Of a stretch of 64,000 nt of DNA, positions 25,180 to 36,640 are shown in pieces (within the stretch, counting starts at the first letter, position 1; each line of letters opens with the position of its first letter). The notes under the pieces are model-generated. The model did not search any database, had not been told where the DNA came from, and worked only from the letters and a program-made list of their open reading frames with translations. The translations under genes were made by a program, and so were the position numbers. Source of the DNA: Mytilus californianus (lineage: Eukaryota); NCBI RefSeq assembly GCF_021869535.1, contig NW_026262679.1, forward strand, positions 92,647,982-92,711,981, written 5' to 3'.

Positions 25180-26370
25180 TTGAAGGTCCCCACTATGTAT
25201 TGGTTACCTAAACTACACCAAAAAACCCCGTAAAATATCGTTTCATCTCGGCCTCTAGTAAGTGTTCTACTACTAATCTTTCGGTGCTTTTAACGAGTTC
25301 CTTAACTACTATCAAAGAACTTATCATTCATTTTTGTAAAAAAAAAATATGAAAATAGTGGAATTAACCATTTTTGGAGTGTAAAAAATACTTTGGATGT
25401 TTTAAAAAAATTACGCGCATTTGAAGGTCCTTTTGATTCGGTGGACAGTTTTGACTTGTCCACTCTTTATACTACACTTCCACTCAATCTTATTAAACAA
25501 AATTTTCCTATCTATTTTAATGGTCGTTTGATAAATCTGATTGCAAAATTATTTGCTGCAAATCATATAAAGCCTTTTTCTCAATTGAGAAAGGTAAATA
25601 TGCTAGATATACTTACTGGAGGTATGATTAGATGATTAAAGCCGTAAATTTTCTCCCTGACAACATTTATGTACGTTTCGGCAATACAGTTTATCGACAG
25701 GTTGTATGTATGTTCCTATACTGTTATGAATCACAGTTTATGGCAAAACTCAGCAAAGAACAGTCTAAATTCTATTTAATTGATAATTAATTCTTGATGA
25801 TATTGTTTTCGTTAAATAATCAAGAATTCTCTAAATATGCTGCTGAAATTTACCCAAAGGAACTTACTTTAAATAAACCAAATATTTACAGTGATAATTG
25901 TCCTTTCATAGATTTAGATATTTCAGTGTTACACCAGAAACTCTACACAAAAATTGGGGATGATTTTTCTTTTCCTAGTGTTAATTTTCATTTTTTGGAC
26001 GATGATGTTCCTTTGGCACCGTCTTACGGTGTTTATATATCCAAACTCGTTCGTTAAGCCCGTGTCTGTAGTGACGTTTTGGATTTCAATGAGCTTAATC
26101 TATGTATTATTAGAAAATTATTGTGTCAATGATTTCGTTACCACGCATTAATTAAAACCTTTACTAAATTCTTCCATAGATACAAAGATTTGGTTTGCAA
26201 GTTTGGCTGTACCTGTAGAAAACTTATTTCAAACGGAATAGCACATCCTAAATTTCACGGTGATGTTGTTAACCGAGCCCGGAAATTTAGATACGATCGG
26301 GTAAACATATCAATCCTTTATATAAACTTATTCTGAAAGGTCACCAATTCAACACTGTAATAAATCTTTG
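25180..26370 (+). pseudogene. Element B reverse-transcriptase remnant (frameshifted, internal deletions)
   Basis: See the element B entry. ORF-track fragments 25393..25635 and 25794..26057 are homologous to the A1/A2 RT. Confidence 0.6.
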
Positions 26371-27449
26371 AATATTGTTTTCATTGGTATGAATATTGAT
26401 TTTGTAATCAGTAAATTAAAACCATACTAAATATGATTGTTATAAATATATGTTATTTCACGGTACTACAATCTGTCGATATCTATATTTTAGCATTGCA
26501 CAATGTCATGTTTTTCTCTGACTGTTAATGACGTCTTTACACTAAATCCATTGGATGTTAGATGTATACTGATTGATATTTTAGTCTTAAATACACGATT
26601 TGTTTTGTTAGTTGTTATTGGCCTTGAACTAGCTGTCAGTAACTACAAGTACTATCAGATCTGTACTTAATGTCTTTTTGTTGTTAGGGATGAGGGATGG
26701 ATACATACCCTGCCACGTCCGGTCCGTGATTTTGTATGATGTTTTTCTGCTTTGTATCGATCTGATGAGTTAAGCCTTTTTCGACAGATTTTTATAGTTT
26801 GTTCTTAAGTTGTGCTGTTACAACACTGTCCCAGTTTAGGGGAGGGTTGAGCGCTCACAAACATGTTTAATCCCTCCACATTCTTTATGTGCCTGTCCCA
26901 AGTCAGGAGCCTGTAGTTCAGAGGATGTCGTTGGTTCATTGTCTGTCATATTTTTTTTTCGTAAATTATTTTGTTATAAATTAGGCCTTTATACAGTTTT
27001 CTCAGTGGAATTGTTTCATATTTGTCATGTCGGGGCCTTATATGGCCGACTATATGGTATGGGTTTTTCTCATTGTTGAAGGCCGTACGGTTGCCCACAA
27101 TTGCTTACATTCACTTTATTTGAACTTTGGTGGATAGTTGTCTCATTGGCAATCATACCACATCTCCTTATTTTTATATTCATCATTTAAAAAACATCCG
27201 TCTTTTTTATGATAATGTTCCTCTTCGGGAGGATTTACTTATAGTACAATGAAAGGATTAAGATAATTATTAATGGAATCAAACTTATGTGTTGTCTTTT
27301 CCTATATGTGAGCAAATTGAATATTTCTTTTATCAAATATTATCTTTTTAATACTTGGAGGTTCACATTGCAAGTAACCTCATGTCGATTAAAGCTTGAC
27401 ATGTTTTCAATTGTCGAAGATCGTATGTATCCTGATATCTAAATAAAGA

Positions 27450-27990
27450 GCTGCGCCATGAACGCATGATACGCCCGTCGCTTTTTCAAAGAATAAAGTT
27501 CCATAACTCCTCAATGTCATATCAGAAATTTATAAAAAAAAACTAAAGGGATGTTATTTTAATAGATATAAAACAGTCACCAAAGTTTTATGAAAACTGC
27601 TCAAAGCACTTTTGAGTTATTGTCCGAAAACTGGAAAATCCCATTTTTTATGAATAAAACCCCATAACTCAGAATCTAAAATTTATAAAAATCGAAAGGG
27701 AGCTGACGTCACTAGATACATGTATAAACAATTCACCAAAGTTTCACGAAAATTGCTTAAAGCATTTTTGAGTTATTGTCCAAAAACTGGAACCCCCCTT
27801 TTTTAATGAATAAAACCCCATAACTCAGAATCTAAAATTTATAAAAATCGAAAGGGAGCTCATGTCAATAGAGATAAACAATCCACCAAAGTTTCATGCA
27901 AATTGGTTAAAGCGTTTTTGAGTTACTGTCCGACATGTTGACGATGGACGGATGGACAACGGTATACCATAATACGTCCCGTAAACGGGC
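27450..27990 (+). mobile_element. pearl/Helentron-like nonautonomous element (three ~140-bp internal subrepeats, GACGG tail, terminal hairpin)
   Basis: It starts 'gagctgcgccatgaacgcatgatacgcccgtcg', like the element at 7180. It carries three subrepeats ('aaaatttataaaaatcgaaagggagct...caccaaagttt(c/t)a...') and ends 'gttgacgatggacggatggacaacgg...gtcccgtaaacgggcat' (hairpin). Confidence 0.55.
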
Positions 27991-28767
27991 ATATAAAAAC
28001 GATTCGTTTTCTTAAACAACATATTATCAAGAACATTTAGCAATTATACAATTCATTTTCTATGTCTAAAGTCTAAAGTTATTCAATTAAAACGACAACA
28101 TTTGTCGAAGGTCGACCATCATAATGATTTAAAATATTTTATTAAAATAAATATTGCCTGCAGCGTACTGAAAACATCTTCAAAGATAGCTTGGCTTATG
28201 AAGTAGTACGCCAGACGCAAGTTTCGTATACACAAGGCTCATTAGTGGTACTGTTGAAATGCCAAATCTATTACGAAATACTATATAACTGAAAACCAAA
28301 AATTCCAAGTTTTGCAATGTCTTGCTTAGAACATCTAAGCCTTTGGGTAGAACACCTTAGTGTTTCGAAGGATTTTAACATTATATGAACATTAAATTTA
28401 CAGACAATGACCGCCTCAATGATACTTCCTGTCATCATTGCATGGAGGGCTGTATACTAGGCCCTTGATACCTTAGAGGGGAGACTCCGCCATTAGTGTT
28501 ATCGACCCAGTTATGGAAGTTATTTACATCTAAAAATAATCGATGAAATTTATATTTCCACAAATGTTGTAAGTTAATTGCTAAATGCTGATTTAAAAAT
28601 CTTTAGACATATCTTAGATGGTTATTAAATTGATGGTCACCCATTATATATATGGAAAGTAAAACCGAAACTAAAATTCAATAAATGAATTAAAAATAGA
28701 TTAGAATAAATTTACACTGGGAATTTCTTTTTTCCGAGGACGTGTCAGTGACAGGGTTCTAAATAAA

Positions 28768-28780
28768 GATTTACTTGCCT
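28768..28780 (+). promoter_or_regulatory. Putative TATA box upstream of ZAR1-like gene
   Basis: 'gcctatatatgat' lies ~55 bp upstream of the ATG at 28832. Confidence 0.25.
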
Positions 28781-28831
28781 ATATATGATAAAATAAAACA
28801 AATAAGTTGGCAAAACAACACACAAAAGACG

Positions 28832-28960
28832 ATGAGAAGGCGCAATAATCGTAGAGAAAGTATACACAGAGAAGTGAGATGCTTTGGATATTTTCGTTGT
28901 AGATGTTGTGACCATGAATGGACAAGCTCATTTGTCTGGAAAATGTCTGGAACGTTAAAG
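28832..28960 (+). CDS. ZAR1-like (zygote arrest 1-type, zf-3CxxC) protein, exon 1
   Basis: The exon encodes 'MRRRNNRRESIHREVRCFGYFRCRCCDHEWTSSFVWKMSGTLK'. This matches the ZAR1 C-terminal domain consensus '..YGYYHCKDCNIRWESAYVWCVQGTNK'. The ATG has A at -3. The donor is 'aag|gtattg' at 28960/28961. Confidence 0.65.
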
Positions 28961-29766
28961 GTATTGATAACTTTCAAATTCCAAAAGTTTTCAATATTTA
29001 AACTAATTTATTTTTAGAAACTGACCGAGATGCTTAATTTGTTGGTGCTTGTTATTATACATGTTATAAAGAGTATAGTATTAGTGATTGATTGATTTCT
29101 GTTTGCTTAATCATCATTACGTCCAATTACAAAAATAGCATGCATAGTCAGGAACTTAAAAGTAATGCAAAAGCAAGGTTTTGCAAAGTTGGTCGACCAA
29201 GATAAATGGCGAGAAATTTACACAGCCACTAAAGAGTAGAGTATGTAAGCTTTACAACAGGCCACCTATTTCGTTCTTTCGTGGGTTCTTAAATGTGCAA
29301 AGAGGGTGTACTTGTTCTCATACGAGACATCCGATAAAACCACAATATTCCGACTTTGACGTGGCTGTGTATTTATACAACCAACACAGTCAAACGGACT
29401 GCATGACATTTACTGTCGGATGGAATAAGCACAGATGAATGTTTTTGTAAGGCGAAATGCCGGCAATGGTTATTCTTTTCCTATGTGTATTGAAAGTGGA
29501 TCAAATAACACATAACTGAATAAGCACTAAGCCTAAGGTACATATACACTATTATGATACAGAAAGCATTAAATTATGAAACGCATGTACATATTTAGTC
29601 TGAGTATTTTTTTCTAAATGAGTTTTATTATAAAAAAAAATGATTGGATGTTTTTCAAGCGCGAAAAAGACATTATGCTATTTAAAAATAAAATATGGTG
29701 AAGTGATAGACTAAAACGACCGATTATATTGGATGGCTTTGTAATATATATTCCATTTTCTTCAAG

Positions 29767-30009
29767 GTTCTATATAAACAACAGTGCATGGAGTGTGATG
29801 AACTTATGGGGCCATACAAAACAACACCTCTTATTTGTTCCGGTTGCGGGATGGTGAATTGTGAGTGTGAAGAGGTCAATTCTGAACCGAAAAAGCCGCA
29901 CCTGTCAGAGTTATGTGAAAGGTGTCAGTCAGGAAAAAAATGTCAATTATCACTAGAAAAATGTATCTTCCCTTGTTCTAAGCGTGGTGGAAGAAGATAT
30001 CGCCATTGA
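29767..30009 (+). CDS. ZAR1-like protein, exon 2 (terminal)
   Basis: The acceptor is 'ttccattttcttcaag|gtt' and the phase is 0. It encodes 'VLYKQQCMECDELMGPYKTTPLICSGCGMVNCECEEVNSEPKKPHLSELCERCQSGKKCQLSLEKCIFPCSKRGGRRYRH*'. This matches ZAR1 'VYFKQFCRTCQKSYNPYRVEDITCQSCKQTRCSC...PHRQDLCGRCKGKRLSCD'. The total protein is 123 aa. Confidence 0.65.
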   Translation, partial: VLYKQQCMECDELMGPYKTTPLICSGCGMVNCECEEVNSEPKKPHLSELCERCQSGKKCQLSLEKCIFPCSKRGGRRYRH

Positions 30010-33000
30010 TGTTAGCATCTAAAACACATTTACAATATATTGGAAATGTTTATTAAATTATTTGTTTCTTATCAAATATTATATCACCTTAATAATAAGT
30101 CAGGTTTTGGACTCGAGCATCACTGAAGAGACGCTAATTGTCGCAACGCGCATCTGGTTTAGTACCATTGGTACCGTTTATGGTAGCATTAATAGCATTA
30201 ATTTTCCATCCGCCGTCTGTCTTTTCACCATTTCATTTGAAAATACTGGGCTAATTCAATCTAAACTGAATCCAGATAAAACAAGTGGCTTTCTTTAAAA
30301 AAAGAAAAGCAATACCTGAACCTAAGACCGCTGACTGGTCACCAAAAGACTGTTGCTGAATTTTTATTTGCTTTTGAATTGAAATAGTTGACTGTGAATA
30401 GAAGGAGATAATGATGAAGTTAAACTACCTTTATTAAAAATATGTAATAGTGTGTACATTCTTGCACAAGTCAGTTGAAAGCAATGTTGGATAGGTGTGA
30501 ATAGAAAAGTGTATATACAGCTACTATTTGAATATACATTTTAAAGCTCGACTATTTCATTTATTACTTGGGATTGTACATCATTTCTTTATAATTCTAT
30601 TGCAAATCCCAGTTTCTACAAGTGTATAATGCAAATTGCACAAACCAATCGCAATATAAATGTAAGCACTCAGTTTGTTTATAATCTTGATGCATTTATT
30701 TTATCTATCACATCTTTATATTTTGTTTCCTGCATGGATGCCTTCATATTCTCAACTCGTTATTGAAGTTGTCTGTACTCATGGTAGATGTTGTACAGAT
30801 AAATTTAGTCCATTTTCCATGTGAAGTGAAACCCTGTGGCATGCAACTTATATCTCAAAAGAACCAATTTATATAAAAAGACATGTAGATATAAAAAAAA
30901 ATACCAGGATTAACATGTTGTACGCCAGACGCGAGTTAAGTCTACAAAGAATCATCAGTGACGCTCGAATAAAAATAGTTAAAAAGGCCAATTAAAGTAC
31001 GAAGTTAAGTAATCTATTCCTTGGGTAGAAAATACTTGGCATTTCGATAATGTCAATGTTTATAAAAGGACAGTGACTCAAAAAAGAAAACAAAAGAGAA
31101 ACAGCTAGAGGTCAGAATACCGTAAGTAATGATGACCGTGCTTGAAAGTCACATGGCAAGCTTTTACTGCCGTGTCCTGAATTTAGATAAGAAAAGCGAA
31201 AATTCGCAATCGCGAGTGAAATTAATATTTATGCATGAACATGGTATTTTTGCGCAAGAAATAGTAAATAGAAAGCATACGCACTGATACTCTGGATAAG
31301 AATACGCATTTGCGTCATCACATATTTTAATCTAATAGTTGAATTCGGATGTCAAACTTCCTACCTCAAGTGTTTTGACTCCGGATTCATTGACATTTTA
31401 TCCGGAATTTTTGTGAACGCAAACCGATAGTGTGCGTGTTAACAGGGTGATGTATAATGTGAAAGAATCAAGACGTGTAGGATAGCTGACCAACACAATG
31501 AATACAATTTTAAAAACCGTACCATAGTACAAATATTAAGATGCTATAAGGTTGAACTAATAAAAGAAAAAAAAAAAAGAAACAAAAATAATTAACATTA
31601 TGATAGTAATTAAATTTTGTTATGATTATTGTAAAATATTAATTACGTTTTTTGTGAGATGCAAGGATTTAAAATCTTTGTGAATTGAAACCACGCAAGT
31701 ATTTTTTCATTCACGACCGTTTAAAATTTAGATCTAACTTTGGGTATGCATCCCTGCTCATAAGTTACATATAATTTTCATAAATGTAATGACTGATCAA
31801 ACCTGTGAGACATAATGCAGGTATACATTACAATTTTAATTATATTCTATAATTATTAGGAATAAATTCAGTCTCAGATTAACCTTAACAATAAATATTC
31901 AATTAGTCTGGTAGTATCTATTAATGAAATTAGATATTTTTTTACAGAAAAATCCTTTTGTTTGATTATCTTTCTGCTTTCCGACCACTGTGTTTTCGAC
32001 CTTTAAGTTAGATAAATATGTTTAACAGAAATATCGTTTTCTTAATTTTCTTCATTCTTTCCGACATTTTGTCATGCTATGATTGAAATACTTAATATCA
32101 AATGATAAACGTTCAGAAATAATCAGTTTATTCTGGGTCATTGTATATCAATAAACTATTCACAGGTTTATTAAATACAACACACACAACGCGTAGAGTG
32201 ACCGTCTCAAAGCATGAATTATATAATTGCGTTATCATTATACTTGATATTCAATAAACATTCACATTATTAAAAACATATATGTTTTGTCAAAAGGCAA
32301 ATAGGTTCCAACATATAAATGATTTTTAGAATGCAACCTAGTCTTTATTGTTTGACTTTCAAATCTACAAATGAACCGTTTGTCGGATTGTTGAAATATA
32401 CAATGTCACGTTGTAGCCTATCCATAGAGGGACCGTATCAAAGACATAAATAACTACCTATATAAATGATGGAAAATTTTCGAGACTTTCCGAGAGTCGT
32501 GATTCCGAGGATATCGAGTGGCCCATAGACACTTCCAAAACTCGCCAATATATAAACGTGAACCCCTCAGGGGGTTCACGCAAAAAATGCTTCAGCAGAC
32601 AGTTGTTTCTTCTGGTTGCTTATTTTTAATCTTATTTTCTTTTTGAACCACGGAGTCAAATATTTTCAAACTTCGATAAATGAAAATCCTTTAAATATTG
32701 TTTATCTCACCTTGACACTGTTCTTTGATATATGTATGTTGTGTATAAGATGTAAGTTTGTACAAATTAAAATTTGTACAGGGTTTTTGTACAAGTTATA
32801 AGTTTTTTGACACACACCTTTTTGCACCGGGTGATCAAAGTTTATCTTCTAAAATTTATCAGCTCAATGTCTTAAATTCAAATTTATAACACTTCAAGCT
32901 AACATTTAGTGCTATACTCCTTGTCCTAAAACGGCTGTCCTAAAACTGGAAATAAGGACACCTGAAGGGTTTAAATTCTATTTGTATTTGTCTCCTTATA

Positions 33001-33259
33001 CCAAAGTCATATCCATAAAAAGTCTTTTTTGTGTTCTTATAATGTTTTTTGTAGCAATGCTCAGTATTAGACTGTGTCAAGTAGTCATGGAAATATGACA
33101 GCAATATGCGAAACAAAAGATTGTGTGCTTTTATCATCCATTTGTGTTAAGCGGTTCATAAAACACTGATAACTTGTACAAAAATTCTGTACAAATTATA
33201 ATTTGTACAACATTACAATTTGTACACAACATATACATGGCCGTTACATAATCGGGGGT

Positions 33260-33540
33260 AACCAATTATTTCCACTAAACTGATTAAGTTTATCACTAAC
33301 CTTGCATGTTGTCCTACAGAGTACACTTCAAGATAAGTTAAGTTTATATTGCAGTAGTTGGGGTTTAACAGTAAATCTTGAAAAAAACAAAATGATTTTT
33401 AACCAATTTGGTAATAAACTTACAAAAGACGAGTTTGTTTTTAATGATAATGTTTTGGAACATTATACAGAATATAAATATTTAGGTATAGTGTTTAAAC
33501 CCTCTGGTATCTTTATTGAGGCGGTGAGAATGATATAATT
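33260..33540 (+). mobile_element. LINE (non-LTR) reverse-transcriptase fragment
   Basis: 'LYCSSWGLTVNLEKNKMIFNQFGNKLTKDEFVFNDNVLEHYTEYKYLGIVF' is the conserved RT region ending in the YLG motif. No intact ORF flanks it. Confidence 0.5.
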
Positions 33541-33844
33541 AGAATTATTGTAAAATTCACAAGTGACATGTACAATATTCTAGAAATGCTTTATTAAGTA
33601 ATAAATAACTTTGTAGTACCACCTCCTCAGCGGAGACTAGATTATACATATATGTATATACAATTATATATATTAATGTAACAATATTTTCTTTTTTTAA
33701 TAATGGAGGGCGTATACAAATTTATATATACATGTACTGTATATAAATGTTGACAGATATGTGTATGTAAAGTTATGTATAGCCAATGTTTATTGTCAAA
33801 TTTGGTACAAATCCTATAATTTTGAATTTTAAACCAATAAAATA

Positions 33845-33868
33845 TCTTATCTTATCTTATCTTATCTC
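33845..33868. repeat. (TCTTA)n microsatellite
   Basis: 'tcttatcttatcttatcttatctc'. Confidence 0.9.
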
Positions 33869-35099
33869 TAATCATAACAGTTTCAAGCAAACACGAAACC
33901 ATGAAAAATTGACAAATCAAAGATAAAAGTACCAACAATAACGGATGGATTGCATAAATTACTTTATTTGTATCGAGATTAATGCTACTTTAGTTGCCGA
34001 ATAACCCTATTGGAATTGCATTTCGATGCGTGGCCATTCTGTTCCTAATTTGATAGGAACTTAAAATAAAGAACCTATTATTTATTCTTTATTTCATTCC
34101 AATAGGCTGAACAACTGGACTGTTCGAAGCACCTCTAGGTTCTGATATGTCAATTAGAAATATTTCAATTTTCATTGGAGCAAAAACTCAGAAATTTGAT
34201 TCCGGAGTCTTGGTGACTGTGGTACCGTATAGGTCATTATTAAAAAGATCCCTATAAAAAAGGTGACATTTTACTCGATGAATTCGAATGGAATTTGCGT
34301 GAAGAATGTAGGGAAGGTCTTTTACAAAAGTACTAATTTTGTTATGATCGTGAGAAAACTAAGGCCTGGAGTAAAATATCAAGATCCAGAGTGGGTCTCC
34401 ATTTAACCATTCCAAATGTCTCGCTCGTAGATAGATTAAATATCATCTGTAAATGAATGATTAAATGATACATAGAGATGCATATTTTCTCAAATGCCTC
34501 GTTGATAAATTAGAAGTTATTTAGGAAGTAAGGCTCCAACTCCCTCAGGCAAGGTTGACTTGCGATGAATTTGGCTTTTTAAGTCATATAGCTCCTAACG
34601 TTTCTTTGTATTTATACATCCCTGGCTTTCAAATAGCTTTAGGCGTTCCTGGTGAAGGCTAATCCATAAAAGCGATTCGCACATAATTTAGAAAGCAGGA
34701 CCAATGTATGCTGGCTACTGCAAGAAGCTTGCTAAGGTATCTACATAGGTTGGTTGATACTGTCCTTCAAGAAAAGAAAACAAAAAATGACAAGCAACAC
34801 TCCTAATAGGTTTCATGTAGTTTCATTTTTAAAATTTAATTGAAAACGTAAGTATTTGTGAATGTCCGGCAAGTAATTTAAAATAAATCGTCAGGCCATC
34901 GGAAGAACGATTTTAACTAATGTAAGAGATTTCCCGAGTTAAAATATATATTTTTCAGTGTTTTAGTTCTATCAAAGACACCATTGATGACATAAAATAT
35001 CAATGATTTTCTGTAACATCATTGCAGTTAAATTACATTTGAAAACGATGAAAACGATGAGGGATTTTTATACCCAAATAGATGGCCTATGGCCAGATT

Positions 35100-35240
35100 T
35101 GGTTGACTTTTGAAATTTTTGGGTTTCAATGCTTTTCAGCTTCGTAATGGATTTGTTTTTGTTTACTGTTCAAGAACCACTGATGAGTCTTGTGTATTCG
35201 AAATGCTCGTCTTGCGAACAAAATTATAAGTTTGGTATCT
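35100..35240 (+). repeat. SINE-like repeat with degenerate hammerhead motif
   Basis: 'ccactgatgagtcttgtgtattcgaaatgctcgtcttgcgaacaaaattataagtttggtatctttgat' is homologous to 36420-36640. The CUGAUGA box is present, but stems II and III are degenerate. Confidence 0.5.
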
Positions 35241-36419
35241 TTGATTAATTTTAAACCGAAGAACTGATTAAGAAGTGCTTCATTCCAGAATGCTAATGTT
35301 TGACAGCTTATATGTATTAGAGTGTGTAAATTAGTTTGCTGGCTTTTTATGTGAAATTAACATCAGCTTTGAATACTTATGGAAAGAGTAATTATTGATT
35401 GTCATTCTTAACCAATCAATTCACAGAACCGATAACAATCATGTTGCACGAAGAAGCAGTTTGACCAGTTTGTTTTTATATTTTCGGTATCGATAAAAGA
35501 ATTCATGGTTCACCAAGCAAATAAGTAACCCGAATTTTCTATGTAACTATTAACACTCCCACGTGGTTTAAATGTAAACATTGAATTGATTGATTAGTGA
35601 TTTCTTTACGCCGTATCAGCACAAAAAGGCTATATCGCGACGAGAGCGAATTCAAAACAATCCGTACAATTCAAATGTCATGAGAGGGAAGGCAACTCAA
35701 ACACACCCAAAGGATATAATCACTACATAAGCTGTTAAAGGAAAACACTGTACAAAACATAGACAAATATTTTTACTCTTTGAAATAAACCATTGTAAGT
35801 TTTCTTGCTTGTCTGTCTATCTACATATCTACAGCTGATACACCACCACAGTATGCAACACGAACCCCAACAAAAACTGGGGGTGATCTAAGGTGCTCCG
35901 GAAAGGTAAGCAGATCCTGCTCCACAAGTTAGTGTCATATTTCAATAAAAGATAAGTATGAATCCTTTCCTATCATTGAAACAATTTGTAAATGATTCTT
36001 CACTGTTTATAACAGTTTAGGGGAAATATGGCTTGCCACTTTCACTTCAAATGTTTGTTAAATATGTATTCCTATATCTGAAACAGTTTGGAAAGGGAGA
36101 ATCCTATCTCACTAACATTTAGGTAAAATGTGTTCATTGGTGTATCTCAGTATGAGTTTGGAAAGGATGTTTACCTACTTCTATTAGTTTGGTAAAATGT
36201 GGTGTAACCTTTATGGAAGTTTTGAAAGGAAGAATTCCTCTTACGAGGTTTTGTTACATTATTTTGGGTTTAAATCATTTTAATCGCTCATTATTACCAG
36301 GGAAATTTTGTTAGTGGAGAACTTAGCAAGTGATCGGTGTCACTTCCCACTTTGAAAAAAACCCTCTCAAACCAATCACATGTCAAGTCTGAACCTGCTC
36401 CACTTCCTCTGTAATGACC

Positions 36420-36640
36420 ATTTTTAATAGTAAGTTGATGGGTGAATGCTGAACAAATTCAGCACTCCGCATCGAAGTTACTTTCGGAATTTTGGGTCCT
36501 AAATGCTCTTCAACATCGTTAATTATTTGGCCTTTTAACTTTTTTGATTCCAGCATCACTGATGAGTCTTTTGTAGACGAAACGCGCGTCTGGCTTTCAA
36601 AATTATAAGCCTGTTATCTTTTGTTGACGTTTTGTTATAT
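36420..36640 (+). repeat. SINE-like / PLE-pLTR-like repeat carrying an intact minimal hammerhead ribozyme motif
   Basis: The ~200-bp unit is shared with 35100-35240 and 44260-44460 ('...ctaaatgctcttcaaca(t)tcg...ttgattccagcatcaCTGATGAGtcttttgtagacGAAAcgcgcgtctggctttcaaaattataagcctgttatctttt'). Confidence 0.55.
36559..36592 (+). ncRNA. Type-I minimal hammerhead ribozyme motif: CUGAUGA - stem II (GUC/GAC, 7-nt loop) - GAAA - C GCGC G (1-bp helix III with palindromic loop) - UC cleavage site
   Basis: 'CTGATGAGTCTTTTGTAGACGAAACGCGCGTC'. Every invariant core nucleotide is present. The architecture (very short helix III capped by the palindromic tetraloop GCGC) is that of the dimeric hammerheads described in Penelope-like element pLTRs and metazoan retrozymes. 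Stem I can form between 'gcatca' upstream and 'tggcttt' downstream. Confidence 0.55.

Larger units (their letters stand above)
23290..27180 (+). mobile_element. Older, degenerate 5'-truncated copy (element B) of the same PLE family, interrupted by a nested LINE fragment
   Basis: 23347-24205 encodes the linker ('SPKYE...DKPEDHKKYFLKIKY...HVITGDLNIVQDRE...GPKYRPPS...PADKAAN...V*RKYYTEVLKNEI'). 25180-26370 encodes RT remnants ('MYWLPKLH', 'FDSVDSFDLSTLYTTLP', 'VYRQV', 'YPKELTLNKPN...DDDVPLAPSYGVYISKLVR', 'ALIKTFTKFFHRYKD'), with frameshifts and stops. The 3'UTR at 26370-27180 contains the family hairpin motif and the tail '...ggatagttgtctcattggcaatcataccacatctccttatttttat'. Confidence 0.7.

Noticed and set aside
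26755-26790. CTGATGAG boxes in the element B 3'UTR (26762-26769) and its copy at 61806-61813
   Set aside because: - There is no GAAA box or helix II/III arrangement after the CUGAUGA.
- This is not a hammerhead, in line with reports that Naiad-type PLEs lack hammerhead ribozymes.
28771-28977. Minus-strand ORF 28771..28977 overlapping ZAR1-like exon 1
   Set aside because: - It is antisense to a well-supported exon with a conserved zinc-finger signature.
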